From: Dehalococcoidia bacterium
GTDB lineage: Bacteria; Chloroflexota; Dehalococcoidia; Bin125
Assembly: GCA_963555985.3 (NCBI GenBank)
Contig: OY820591.1
Coordinates: forward strand, 576,001 to 640,000
Length of the DNA stretch: 64,000 nt
Reading direction: 5' to 3'
Below the pieces are notes generated by a model, which was not told the origin of the DNA, did not search any database, and saw nothing but the letters and a program-made list of their open reading frames with translations. Both the position numbers and the translations under genes were made by a program. Below are positions 17,441 through 27,198 of the stretch, one piece after another. The stretch's first letter is position 1. The number at the start of each line of letters is the position of its first letter.

Positions 17441-20400
17441 CTACTTGGGCACGGCGGTGACGCGGATTTTCAGGGAGCGGCCCTGCGTATTCTCACCCCA
17501 ATTTAGTGAGGAGGCGCGCATCGCGTCCGCGATGCTCCAGCCGTTGGCGGACGGCTGCAACGTCTGCCCGTTGTCCAAGGTGGTGTTCACCTTGGCTTGC
17601 GTAGTGTTGCCGGTCCCCCCGAGGTGGACGAAGTACTGCTTGCCCGCCTCGAGCGCGCAACCGGCGCCTGAGCAGGTGAAGGTGGAATCGCCGACCGCGG
17701 GGGTCCCGGACAGGGTCGCGAGCGCCGTCGTGGTGTCGGGTTTGCCGTTGGACAGCCGGCTGCGGAGGTAGACGGTGATGCTGCCGGCGCTGTGCATCTC
17801 GGCGAAGTTCAGCGTCACACTGGAGAGGGTGTAGCCGCCGCTGTTGCTCCCGGTCGTGAACTCCTGCGCCCACTGGGCGGTGCCTGCGACGATATGAGTC
17901 AGGGTTGTGGTCTGGCTCAGGTTGGAGACGGTGACGGCGGCGGTGAACGTCTCGCTGGCGACCTCGTTCGCGCTGTTGCAGCCGGTCGCGCTGTACGCCT
18001 TGTAGGTGTAGGTCGTGCCGGCGGTCAGCCCGGTCAAGTCCTCTGTGGCGTCGTTGGCCGCGACCGGGCCCTGGCAGGTGTTGTCCGGCCCGGTGTTCGC
18101 GTCGTACCACCACTGCGCGGTGTGTCCGGCGATGGTGAGCGTGGCGGTGATCGTCGTGATCCCGCTCGCGGTGAGCGATGCGGTCGTGGTGAACGCTGGG
18201 GCGGCGGCGAGTTCGTTCGCGCTGGTGCAGGTCGAATCGCTGTAGGCCTTGTAGGTGTAGGTCGTGACGACGGTGAGGCCGCTGAGCGCCTGGCTGGTCG
18301 TGTGGACCGGGCCCTGGCAGGAGGTGTCGGGGGCGGTGTCGGCCTGGTAGTACCAGGCGCCGGCGTGATTGGCGATGGTCAGCGTCGCGGTGGTGCCGGC
18401 GACGTCGCTCGCGGAGAGGGTGGGCGCCGGTGGATCCGGCATATCGGTCGACCAGAGCATGTCGGAGGGTTCGGACCAGGCGCCGTAGCCGATGAAGTTG
18501 TCGTGGGCGCGGACGCGGACCTGGTAGGGCACGCCGCCGCGAATGTCGCCGCTCCAGCTGGCGCGGTTGGTGGTCTCGCCGATCAGCGTGGGCGAGGAGG
18601 TGACCACGGCCTGACCGCCGCGCTTGCCGTCCATGCCGATGATCGGGGCTTCCCACGACGTCCAGGCGGGCTGCCAGGGCTCGCCGATGGCGGTGCGCCA
18701 GATGCACTGCCACTTGCCGTCGACCGCCTGGGGCGGGGTGACCTGGCAGGGGCGCCACTGGATCTGGTACCAGTTGGGGGCGCCGCTGGGCGTGGTCCAG
18801 GAGACTTCGATGTCGTTGTTTTTGGGGGCGCCGGTGGGCTTGGTCGGCGCGCCGACGCAGAGGGGCAGGGTGACGTCGTTGCCGGAGGCGTCGTGCTGGG
18901 GGTTGATGTCGGAGAGGTACTTGGACCAGCCCGCGGGTATACAGCCGCTGAGCCGGTTCTCGCCCAGTGCGAAGTTGGCGGAGGTCAAGGAGGTCAGGCC
19001 GCCGAGCTGGTTCGGGATCTGCCCGCTGAAGCGGTTGTTATTCAGCCAGAGGCGTGTCAAGTTGGTCAGCTTGGCCAGGCTCGCCGGCAGGGGACCGGAG
19101 AGTTGGCTGTTGTCCAGGGCTAGCTCGGTCAACTCGGTGAGGTTGCCGATGTTGGCCGGGAGCTGTCCGGTCAGTTCGCGGTTGTACAACCGGAGCGTCG
19201 TGAGACCGGTGAGGTTGGCGAGTCCGCGCGGCATCGGGCCGGGGCGACTGGCCAAGACGCCGGATTCGACAACGAGCTTTGTCAACGCATCCAGATCGGC
19301 GACGGTGTTGGGCACGTTCCCGGTGCTGGAATACCAATAGAACGTTACGTTCAGTTCCGTCACCCGGCTGTTTTCGACTTTCACACCCGTCCACGAACTC
19401 ATCGCCGTATCGGTCTTCCAGTTGTCGAGCACGGAATCGCTGACCTTGATGATGTCCTTGGCGGCGAGCAGGGTGTCGCAGTCTTCCACGATGGGGCCTG
19501 AGGTCACGGTGCTGCCGCCCACGGCGGTGGTGCCGGCGCAGACGTCGTCGTCGCCTTCGGTGGCGTCCAGCACGGTGGAGACGTTGTTGAAGTTGGCGTC
19601 CGTACTGGTCGCGGTGTGGGTGACCGTGGTCGCGCCGTAGGCGTAGTCGCCGTCGCCCTTGCCCGCGCCGGGCACCGTGTCGGTGTCCTGCGCGGCTGTG
19701 AGCGTGACGGTCTGCGGGACCGACCAGTTGGAGGGGGTGAAGGTCAGCGTGGTCGGGTTGGCGGTGATGTCGCTGTCGCCCGTCGTGGTGATGGTCACGG
19801 TGACGTTGGCGGTGGGCTGATGGCTGAGCCAAACGGTATGGGTCTCCGAGCTGCCTTCGGGAATGATGTGCCAGGGCGTGGAGAGCGCGACCGACGAGGT
19901 GGTGAACTCCGCGTCGGTGGCGTCGGAGGTCACTTCGGTGTTGCAGGCGGCGTTCGAATAGGCCTTGAACGTGTACGAGGTCCCGGGCTCGAGCCGCGTG
20001 AGGCTCGCTGTGTTTCCCGGCCAGTACACGAGGGTGCAATCACCGGAACTGGGCGCGGTCTGTTTGTAGTACCAGTTGCTGGAGTGGCCCGTGATGGTGA
20101 GCGTGGCTCCGTAGTAGGCGACGTTGGATGCGGTCAGCGTGCCTGATCCCGCGGCGGTGACCAGTTGGCCCGAGGCGATCGCCGCGCCGCTGCAGCCGCC
20201 GCCGTAGACGGTGATCGTGTAGGTGGTGTCGGCGTCGAGGCCGCCCACGGTCGTCTGCTGGCCGTTGACCGGGCCGACGCAGCCGGACTGTCCGGAGGCG
20301 CCGCTGGCTCCGGCTGCGCCGGCCGCTCCGGGCGGCTCGTCGGCGCGGTAGTACCAGGTTCCGTCGTAGTTGCCCAGGGTGAGGTCGGCGCCGTCGGCGG

Positions 20401-21766
20401 TCTCGTTCTCGACGGTCAGCGTGGGCGCGGCTTCGGGCGTCGCGGCGACGTACCAGGGCGCGGCGGCGGGCGCGGGGCGGCTATTGCCGACGCTGTTGAC
20501 GGCGCGAATCTTGAAGCGGTATTCGATGCCGTTGTCCAGGCCTTCGACGCGGAAGGAGGTGGTGGTCGCGCCGCTGGTCGGCATCGCCGTCCAGTCGCTC
20601 CAGGCGACGCCGGTGTAGCGGATGCGGTACTCGTAGCGGCTGATCGAGGAGTCGGCCGGGTCGTCCCAGGTGAGGATCACGCGCTGGTCGCCGGGTCTCG
20701 CGCTCAGCCCGGTCGGTCGCGCGGGCGCGGTGGGCTCGTCGTTGTCGATCTCGGTGGCGGTCCAGTCGACCTTGCCGCCGTACCAGTCGCGGGCGTCGTG
20801 GGTGACGTCGCGGGCGCCGTTGGCGTAGTCGTCGTCCTCGGCGGCGATCAGGGTGACGGTCTGGGCGGTGTTCCAGTTGGCGGGGGTGAAGGTGAGCTTG
20901 AGCGCCGCGGCGTCGCTGGGTTCGCCCTTGAAGCTGATGTCGGGGTCGTTGTTGTCGCGTACGGAGAGTCCGATGCAGACTTCGACGTCTTCGTCGGGCT
21001 GGACGGTGAGCTTGACCTGGTAGCTGGTCTCGCCGCCTTCGGGGACGGAGAGGGCGGTGATCGGGTTGCCGTTGCCGTCCTGGACGATGATGCCGCGCGG
21101 AGCGGGCGGCGTGTAGGGTCCGCTCGCGGGGGAGTTGCGCCAGTTGGCGCCGCCGCCCGCGTTCTTGGCGCGGACGCCGACGATGTAAGTCTTGGCGTTG
21201 TCGGCGCTGATGGTGATGCTGGTCGCGGTGAGGTCGAAGGCGGCCAACTGCCAGCTCTGGGCGTTGTCGTCGGTGTAGGTGACGTGGTACGAGGTCGCGC
21301 CCGCCGGAGCGTCCCAGGAGGCGGTGAGGGTTCCGTCGGCGCGGGTCAGGCTGACGGCCGCGACCGCGCTCGGCGGCGGAGGCGGGGTGTAGGGTCCGGC
21401 GGCGGCGGAGTTGCGCCAACCGCTGCCGCCGTGCTCGTTCTTGGCGCGGACGCCGACCACGTAGGTCTTGGCGTTGTCGACGTCGATCCTGATGTTGGTT
21501 TCGGCGTGGTCGAGGGCGGCCAGTTGCCAGCTCTGTTTGCCGTTGTCGGAGTAGGTGACGTGGTAGGAGGTCGCGCCCGGCACGGCGTCCCAGGAGGCGG
21601 TTAATTTTCCGTCGGCGCGGGCGATGCTGACCGAGTTGGGCGTCGCGGGGGGCGAGGTGAGATCACCGCCGCTCTCGGCCAGGGCGCCGGCGATCGCGGC
21701 CAGCGCCGCCAGCAGCGCGATTGCCGCCAAGGTCCAGGTTCGAGAAGCTGAACGCAGGAATGTCAT
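17441..21766 (-). CDS. Large secreted/surface protein: signal peptide, FN3 and Ig/Calx-like repeats, plant-receptor-type LRRs, choice-of-anchor-R-like C-terminal domain
   Basis: SWDA..GATSYHV FN3 pair; LTFTP.NW..QTVTL; L.NLT.L..L.L.NN.LSG.IP LRRs; WAQEFTTGSNSGGYTLSSVTL. Confidence 0.85.
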   Translation of the reverse strand: MTFLRSASRTWTLAAIALLAALAAIAGALAESGGDLTSPPATPNSVSIARADGKLTASWDAVPGATSYHVTYSDNGKQSWQLAALDHAETNIRIDVDNAKTYVVGVRAKNEHGGSGWRNSAAAGPYTPPPPPSAVAAVSLTRADGTLTASWDAPAGATSYHVTYTDDNAQSWQLAAFDLTATSITISADNAKTYIVGVRAKNAGGGANWRNSPASGPYTPPAPRGIIVQDGNGNPITALSVPEGGETSYQVKLTVQPDEDVEVCIGLSVRDNNDPDISFKGEPSDAAALKLTFTPANWNTAQTVTLIAAEDDDYANGARDVTHDARDWYGGKVDWTATEIDNDEPTAPARPTGLSARPGDQRVILTWDDPADSSISRYEYRIRYTGVAWSDWTAMPTSGATTTSFRVEGLDNGIEYRFKIRAVNSVGNSRPAPAAAPWYVAATPEAAPTLTVENETADGADLTLGNYDGTWYYRADEPPGAAGAAGASGASGQSGCVGPVNGQQTTVGGLDADTTYTITVYGGGCSGAAIASGQLVTAAGSGTLTASNVAYYGATLTITGHSSNWYYKQTAPSSGDCTLVYWPGNTASLTRLEPGTSYTFKAYSNAACNTEVTSDATDAEFTTSSVALSTPWHIIPEGSSETHTVWLSHQPTANVTVTITTTGDSDITANPTTLTFTPSNWSVPQTVTLTAAQDTDTVPGAGKGDGDYAYGATTVTHTATSTDANFNNVSTVLDATEGDDDVCAGTTAVGGSTVTSGPIVEDCDTLLAAKDIIKVSDSVLDNWKTDTAMSSWTGVKVENSRVTELNVTFYWYSSTGNVPNTVADLDALTKLVVESGVLASRPGPMPRGLANLTGLTTLRLYNRELTGQLPANIGNLTELTELALDNSQLSGPLPASLAKLTNLTRLWLNNNRFSGQIPNQLGGLTSLTSANFALGENRLSGCIPAGWSKYLSDINPQHDASGNDVTLPLCVGAPTKPTGAPKNNDIEVSWTTPSGAPNWYQIQWRPCQVTPPQAVDGKWQCIWRTAIGEPWQPAWTSWEAPIIGMDGKRGGQAVVTSSPTLIGETTNRASWSGDIRGGVPYQVRVRAHDNFIGYGAWSEPSDMLWSTDMPDPPAPTLSASDVAGTTATLTIANHAGAWYYQADTAPDTSCQGPVHTTSQALSGLTVVTTYTYKAYSDSTCTSANELAAAPAFTTTASLTASGITTITATLTIAGHTAQWWYDANTGPDNTCQGPVAANDATEDLTGLTAGTTYTYKAYSATGCNSANEVASETFTAAVTVSNLSQTTTLTHIVAGTAQWAQEFTTGSNSGGYTLSSVTLNFAEMHSAGSITVYLRSRLSNGKPDTTTALATLSGTPAVGDSTFTCSGAGCALEAGKQYFVHLGGTGNTTQAKVNTTLDNGQTLQPSANGWSIADAMRASSLNWGENTQGRSLKIRVTAVPK

Positions 21767-21935
21767 GATGATTTCCTCGCAGTCACGTAATCAGGCTAAC
21801 AGAGATACGATAGGGCTATATATGGGGGAATGGGTGGCGGTTGTTCATGTTTTGGTTACTTTTGTGGGTAGGTGTTCACTTTGAGGTCGGTGTCGTTCGC
21901 GGGCGGGAATGCGGATGCTGCTCGATCCGCCGCGT

Positions 21936-22245
21936 GGGTTCCCGCGTTCGGAGGGCTTTGCAAATTGGCATTCCCGCTGCTCTCGTCATTCCAGCGAAAG
22001 CTGGAATCTCGCCCGACCAGATAGACCGAACTCCGAACGAGATTCCAGGTCAAGCCTGGAATGACGGAAATGGGGATTTTGCGCGGGTCTCCTCAAGGGG
22101 GAGCTGCCACGAAGTGACTGAGGGGGTGAAACGTGGTGCAGCGGATAGCGCTGCGGTGTTCTCACCCCCTCTGCCTGCGGCATCTCCCCCTCAAGGGGGA
22201 GATCGATCATGGTGTACGCGCGGGTCTCCTCAAGGGGGAGTGGAG
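21936..22245. repeat. Composite REP2/REP1 block with IS-end-like junctions
   Basis: GTCATTCCAG..CTGGAATC / GATTCCAGG..CCTGGAATGAC; 23-bp direct repeat GCGCGGGTCTCCTCAAGGGGGAG at ~22081 and ~22218. Confidence 0.8.
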
Positions 22246-22592
22246 ATGGGTTTCGCAAACGAGATTTCGTGGCCGTCGGGGTCGACGATGTGGAAGTAGC
22301 GTTCTCGCCAGGGGGCGTCGCGCGGTTCGAATTCGGGTTTGAGGCCGGCGTTGATGGCGTTGGCGTGGAAGGCGTCTACGTCGTCGACGTAGAAGATGGC
22401 GCGTCCCCAGAAGCCGGTTCCGGGTTCGGCGGCGATCAGGTTGAGGTAGCTGTCGCCGGCTCGGTAGGAGGTGAAGCCGGCTTGCGGTCCGCCGTAGAGC
22501 TTTTGGAAGCCGAGGGCTTCGTAGAAGGTTGTGGCGGCTGCCATGTCGGCGGTGGCGAGGGTGACGGCGCTGAGGGACGTGACCGCTGGCAT
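22230..22592 (-). CDS. VOC/glyoxalase family protein
   Basis: FYEALGF, DAPWRERYFHIVDPDGHEI. Confidence 0.88.
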   Translation of the reverse strand: MPAVTSLSAVTLATADMAAATTFYEALGFQKLYGGPQAGFTSYRAGDSYLNLIAAEPGTGFWGRAIFYVDDVDAFHANAINAGLKPEFEPRDAPWRERYFHIVDPDGHEISFAKPISTPP

Positions 22593-22594
22593 GA

Positions 22595-23005
22595 TCAGGT
22601 CAGGTCCGTGAAGGGGTTGTAGGCGAGTTCCCAGAGGTAGCCGTCGGGATCGCTGAAGTAGCCGCTGTAGCCGCCCCAGAAGACCGCTTCGGGTTGCTTC
22701 ACCAGCGTGGCCCCCGCGTCGAGTGCTTCCGTCATGGCCGCATCGACCGCTTCAACCGAGGCGAGGTTGTGGGCGAGGGTGATCGTCGGCGTGCCGACCG
22801 TTGGCTCGGCGAAGAGCACGTCGGCCTCGTCGGGGAACCTGTCGCGGCGGTAGAGCGAGAGCCAGGTTCCCTCCAGTTCAAGGAAACAGATGTTGTCGCC
22901 GTCGTTGTAGTTGGGGGCGGGCAGGCCCAGCCCGTCGCGGTAGAAGCGGAGCGAGGCTTCGAGGTCGGAGACGCCGAGGGTGATGATGCTGATCTTGGGT
23001 TTCAT
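22595..23005 (-). CDS. VOC/glyoxalase family protein
   Basis: ITLGVSDL, FWGGYSGYFSDPDGYLWE. Confidence 0.92.
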   Translation of the reverse strand: MKPKISIITLGVSDLEASLRFYRDGLGLPAPNYNDGDNICFLELEGTWLSLYRRDRFPDEADVLFAEPTVGTPTITLAHNLASVEAVDAAMTEALDAGATLVKQPEAVFWGGYSGYFSDPDGYLWELAYNPFTDLT

Positions 23006-23019
23006 AGGCACAGCATACG

Positions 23020-23051
23020 AAGCGGGGCGGAGCTTGCGCCCCGCCCCGCTT
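23020..23051 (-). terminator. GC-rich hairpin after LLM gene
   Basis: AAGCGGGGCGG...CCGCCCCGCTT inverted repeat. Confidence 0.55.
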
Positions 23052-23077
23052 GGCGTTCTGTCTTGTGAGCGGCAGCG

Positions 23078-24376
23078 CTAGAAGGCGAGCGCGCGCGGCT
23101 CGGACTGTCCGCCGTCCATGCCCTGGGGCCACCAGTGGTCTTCCCAACCTTCGTCGTCCCAGATGTGCTTGAGGTTGGGCAGCACCTGCTGGGCGGTCAT
23201 CTCGATGTTGGGGATGGCGAGTTCCTTGGGGATGGAGCCGAACTGGTTGAGGATCATCAGGTGTCCGACGTGGAGGGTCTTGATGACCTCTTCGAGCTGC
23301 TCGGTGACCTGGCTCGGGGTACCGGCGACGATGTTGCCCTCGCGGATCAGGTCGGCCCAGGTGATCTCGGAGTTCGCCTTGGAGGCGAGCATCTTTTCCT
23401 GGGTCTTCTCGCCCTTGAACTTGTCGGTGTCGCCGAAGACGGGCTTGAGGCCCTGGCTGCGGGTGAAGCCCTGCTCGATGGTGCGGACGGTGCGGTAGCC
23501 GGGCGGGTCGGCGTAGCGGGGGTCGATGTGGAGCATCTTGTTGTAGAAGTACTCCGCGTGGGGCCCGAACTTGTCGGCGACTTCCTGCTCGGTCTCGCCG
23601 ACGGCGACGAGCTGGAGGAATCCGGCCTGATAGGGGTTGAGCGGCTTCTCACGCTGCTGCATGGTTCGCCAGAAGCCGTCGACGTTCTTCTGCCCGGCCT
23701 TGTAGCCGCCGTAGGAGAGGTAGCAGTAGACGTAGTTGTTCTCGGCGCACCATTCCCAGGTCTCAACCGAGCCGCCGCCGGGGATCCAGACGGGCGGGTG
23801 GGGCTGCTGGATCGGTCGCGGCCAGATGTTGATGTAGCGCAGCTGGTTGTAGCGCCCGTTGTAGGAGAACATCTCCGGGCGGGTCCAGGCCTGCGTGATC
23901 ACATCGGCGGCCTCGTAGTACTTGTCGCGCAGGTGCGAGGGGTTCGCGCCGTAGCAGAAGCAGTCGTCCATGGGCGTGCCGACGGGGAATCCGGCGACGA
24001 GGCGTCCGCCGGAGATGCAGTCCAGCATGGCGAACTCTTCGGCGACGCGGGTGGGCGGGTTGTAGAGCGCGATCGAGTTGCCGAGCACGACGATCGCGAC
24101 GTCCTTGGTTCGCCGGCAGAGGTTCGCCGCCATCAGGTTGGGCGACGGCATCAGGCCGTAGGCGTTCTGATGGTGCTCGTTGATGCAGATGCCGTCGTAG
24201 CCGGCGGCCGCGGCGGCTTCGAGCTCGTCCAGGCCGTCGTTGTACATCTCGTGCGCCTTGGCCGGGTCAAACAGCTCCGAGGGCACGTCAACCCAGACCG
24301 AGCTATAGCGCTCGGCGAAGTCGGGGGGGAGGTCCCGATAGGGCATCAGGTGGAAGAACTCAAACTTCACGGCCAA
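23078..24376 (-). CDS. LLM-class flavin-dependent oxidoreductase
   Basis: INEHHQ, AEEFAMLDCISGGRLVAG, PRPIQQPHPPVW. Confidence 0.92.
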   Translation of the reverse strand: MAVKFEFFHLMPYRDLPPDFAERYSSVWVDVPSELFDPAKAHEMYNDGLDELEAAAAAGYDGICINEHHQNAYGLMPSPNLMAANLCRRTKDVAIVVLGNSIALYNPPTRVAEEFAMLDCISGGRLVAGFPVGTPMDDCFCYGANPSHLRDKYYEAADVITQAWTRPEMFSYNGRYNQLRYINIWPRPIQQPHPPVWIPGGGSVETWEWCAENNYVYCYLSYGGYKAGQKNVDGFWRTMQQREKPLNPYQAGFLQLVAVGETEQEVADKFGPHAEYFYNKMLHIDPRYADPPGYRTVRTIEQGFTRSQGLKPVFGDTDKFKGEKTQEKMLASKANSEITWADLIREGNIVAGTPSQVTEQLEEVIKTLHVGHLMILNQFGSIPKELAIPNIEMTAQQVLPNLKHIWDDEGWEDHWWPQGMDGGQSEPRALAF

Positions 24377-24426
24377 CTCCGTTCGTATCCGTCGTCACTG
24401 TCCGTCGTGCAGGCGGTCTCTGGGGC

Positions 24427-24456
24427 AAGGTATTGAATGTCCGCACTCAGTGTCAA
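24427..24456 (-). promoter_or_regulatory. Sigma70-type promoter with overlapping palindromic operator
   Basis: TTGACA-N18-TACCTT; TGAATG-N4-CACTCA palindrome at 24434-24449 in the spacer. Confidence 0.55.
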
Positions 24457-24466
24457 TCGAGGCCGT

Positions 24467-24503
24467 CAGCGCCGCCTCCGCGCAGTGCGGAGGCGGCGCT
24501 GAG
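24467..24503 (-). terminator. Long hairpin after SBP gene
   Basis: TCAGCGCCGCCTCCGC..GCGGAGGCGGCGCTGA. Confidence 0.65.
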
Positions 24504-24508
24504 GGCGG

Positions 24509-26533
24509 CTAGGCCGGGAACTCGGGGTGGGTGGTGTCGAGCCAGGTGTCGTCGTAGCGGTGCGAGGCGTGGGCGAATTGGTAGACGTCCTCGGAGTTGT
24601 TGACGTAGGGCCACTCGACCTGGGGCGAGATCGCGTTCATTACCGAGGGTTGTCCGGTCATCCCGTCGACGCCGTGGTCGGGGTGGACGCCGAGGAAGAT
24701 CTGGAGCAGTTCGGTCGCGGTTTCCTTGCGCTTCTCAACGTCCAACTCGCGCTTCATGCCGAGGATCATCTCTTCGGCGGGCGGGTAGTTGTACTGCGAG
24801 AAGTTGGAACTGCCACCGACGACATGGGTGATATTCCACTCGCCGGTCGGGTCGAGATCTTGCGGGGGGTTGGTCCAGGCGGGCGTCTGTCCTGGGTGGG
24901 TGCCCTCGAGCAGACGCTGGAGGATGACGGTGTAGGGCTGGATGTCCATCGAGAGTTCGACGTCGAGCGCCTGTTCGTACATCGTGCGGACGGTCTCGGT
25001 GATGCCGGGGTAGGTTTGTTCCCAGACATCGGGCGTGATCCAGTAGAAGGTGCGGCTGCCCGGTTCGACTCCAGCCGCGCTGAGCAGGTCGCGCGCCATC
25101 TTGATGTCTTCGTCGCGGTTGGGCCGGTAGCCGGGCCAGGTGGCGAGCTCCTCCGGCGGCACGGTCCAGGCCTGGTTGAACCAGGGGGCCTGGGCGATGG
25201 CGCTGATCTTGGCGGAGCCGAGGTAGACGGCGTCGATCAGCAGGTAGCGGTCGGTGGCGACATGGAAGGCGTAGGCCAGGCGGCGGTCGGCCCAAGGGTT
25301 GCCGAGTCCGTCTTCACCGTCCCAGTCGGGGTTGAAGTTGTAGCGAATCTGGATCGTGAAGCCGAACGGCACGTCAAACGACTGGTGGTCGGGGAAGTCG
25401 TTGAGGATGCCCTCGACCTGGAGGCTGGAGAGCGGGAAGCCGCCGATGTCGATGCCCTTGCCGCGATAGGCGGCGTCCACGGCGGTGGCGTCGAGCAAGT
25501 TGGTGAACTCAATCCGGTCGAGGTAGGGCAGCGGGCCGCCGTCGACTCCCATCTTCCAGTAGTTGGGGTTGGCGTCGAGGTTGATGCCGAGGTCGGGGTC
25601 GTAGTCGAGCGGGATGTAGGCTCCGGTGCCGGAGGAGAGTTCGACATTGGTTTGCTCGTCGCGCCAGCGGTTGCCAAACTCCTCAATCGCTTCGGGCGAC
25701 GTGATCCACGAGAACGGGCTCAGGTGGGCGCCGAGATAGGTTGAGTCGGGCTCGGAGGTGGTGAAGCGGATGGTTTGTTCATCGAGCACCGAGACCGTGT
25801 CGGTCTGCTGGTACTTGCTGGCCGTGAGGAAGGAGGTGTCCTCGATCCCGTCCGCATCGACCGAGTCGATCTGGCGCTGGGCGTTGAAGCGGATGTCCTC
25901 GGCGGTGACGATCCTGCCGCCCTCGGTGGGGAAGCGATCCCAGAAGCGCGCGCCCTGGTCGACGGTGAAGATGTAGGTGGTGTTATCGGGGATTTCGGGC
26001 AGCGACGCGATGTCGCTCTGCATGATCCCCTTTTCCTTGTTCTGCCAGCGGATCAGGTAGTTCATGTAGAGCCCCATCCAGAACTGGGTGGGGCCGAAGA
26101 CGCCGCGGTGGGGGTCGAAGTAGTCGTGGGTTGCGGCCGGGGTCGAGAAGCGCAGCGTGCCGCCGCGGGTGATGGCCGAGACTGCCTGCTGTTGCGCTGC
26201 TTGCTGTTGCTGCGCCTGGGCGACGGCCTGCTCCTGCTGGTCCGCCTGCTGGGCTTGCTGATCGGCGGCCTGCTCCTGCTGCTGCTGTTGGGCTTGCGAT
26301 TGGGCCTGCTGCTGTTGTTGCGCCTGCTGCTGCGCGGCCTGTTGGCGCTGTTGCTGTTGCTGCGCCTGCTGCTGCGCGACAGCCTGGCCGCTGTCGTCGT
26401 CATCGTCGTCGCCGCAGCCGACCAGGGCGAGCCCGGTCGCGCCTACGCCGGCTCGGGCGGACGCGCCCAAGAGAGCGCGGCGGCTCATGCGCCGGCGTCG
26501 CATTCGCTGCCAGTAGTTGCGTTCGTTCGACAT
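24509..26533 (-). CDS. ABC transporter family-5 substrate-binding lipoprotein with Tat signal and Gln/Ala linker
   Basis: SRRALL twin-Arg, LVGC lipobox, RGGTL, SGTGAY, ANPNYW, PYLDRI. Confidence 0.88.
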   Translation of the reverse strand: MSNERNYWQRMRRRRMSRRALLGASARAGVGATGLALVGCGDDDDDDSGQAVAQQQAQQQQQRQQAAQQQAQQQQQAQSQAQQQQQEQAADQQAQQADQQEQAVAQAQQQQAAQQQAVSAITRGGTLRFSTPAATHDYFDPHRGVFGPTQFWMGLYMNYLIRWQNKEKGIMQSDIASLPEIPDNTTYIFTVDQGARFWDRFPTEGGRIVTAEDIRFNAQRQIDSVDADGIEDTSFLTASKYQQTDTVSVLDEQTIRFTTSEPDSTYLGAHLSPFSWITSPEAIEEFGNRWRDEQTNVELSSGTGAYIPLDYDPDLGINLDANPNYWKMGVDGGPLPYLDRIEFTNLLDATAVDAAYRGKGIDIGGFPLSSLQVEGILNDFPDHQSFDVPFGFTIQIRYNFNPDWDGEDGLGNPWADRRLAYAFHVATDRYLLIDAVYLGSAKISAIAQAPWFNQAWTVPPEELATWPGYRPNRDEDIKMARDLLSAAGVEPGSRTFYWITPDVWEQTYPGITETVRTMYEQALDVELSMDIQPYTVILQRLLEGTHPGQTPAWTNPPQDLDPTGEWNITHVVGGSSNFSQYNYPPAEEMILGMKRELDVEKRKETATELLQIFLGVHPDHGVDGMTGQPSVMNAISPQVEWPYVNNSEDVYQFAHASHRYDDTWLDTTHPEFPA

Positions 26534-26632
26534 CGGGGTATCCCTCGCTCGGTTTTGAGCGGCAGCCCTCACCGCCTGCTCTGAGGCATAGGGTATAGAA
26601 ATTGAGGCAACACGGGAAATGACAACGAACGG

Positions 26633-27130
26633 CTACAGGGCTCGGATGGTCAATGAAGCGCTCCCCGGATCGAGCTCGCCGAAGCGGTCAACCAGGGCGC
26701 GCCGGCGGAAGCGGAAGATGCGCTCGAGTTGGGGGCGCACCAGGAACTCCGCGATTGGGCGACTGAGCGGATCGAGCGGCAGCGCATAGTGGACGCAGTC
26801 GGTCGCGAGCACGCCGCCGGCGGTCTCCTGGAAGTGGTGCTCGTGATGCCACATGGCATAGGGGCCGACGCGCTGCTCGTCGGCGAAGTAGTGGGGCGGG
26901 TTGAGCTGGGTGATCTCGGTCGCCCAGCTCACCTCGATCCCCAGCAGCGGCGTTACTCGATAAGTGATCATCATGCCCGGGTACATATCGGCGGGGAGTT
27001 CTCCGGTGATGCGGAAATTCATCTCCGGCGGCGTGATCACTGAGAGATTGGCGGGATTGGAGAAAAAGCGCCAAGCGGTCTCGAGGTCGGTGGCGAGCAG
27101 TTGGCGGGCGTCGAGTCGGTACACCTGCAT
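26633..27130 (-). CDS. SRPBCC family protein
   Basis: FFSNPANLSVITPP, FADEQRVGPYAMWHHEHHF. Confidence 0.88.
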   Translation of the reverse strand: MQVYRLDARQLLATDLETAWRFFSNPANLSVITPPEMNFRITGELPADMYPGMMITYRVTPLLGIEVSWATEITQLNPPHYFADEQRVGPYAMWHHEHHFQETAGGVLATDCVHYALPLDPLSRPIAEFLVRPQLERIFRFRRRALVDRFGELDPGSASLTIRAL

Positions 27131-27198
27131 CGTGCTCGTTAGCGTACCCCGGCAGCGTTGGCTAGGCTGTGTTGCACTCAACCAGTTGGGGAGCGTGC

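Noticed and set aside
15264-17560. Variant C-termini as DGR template/variable repeats
   Set aside because: Differences are not adenine-restricted and no reverse transcriptase is present in the window
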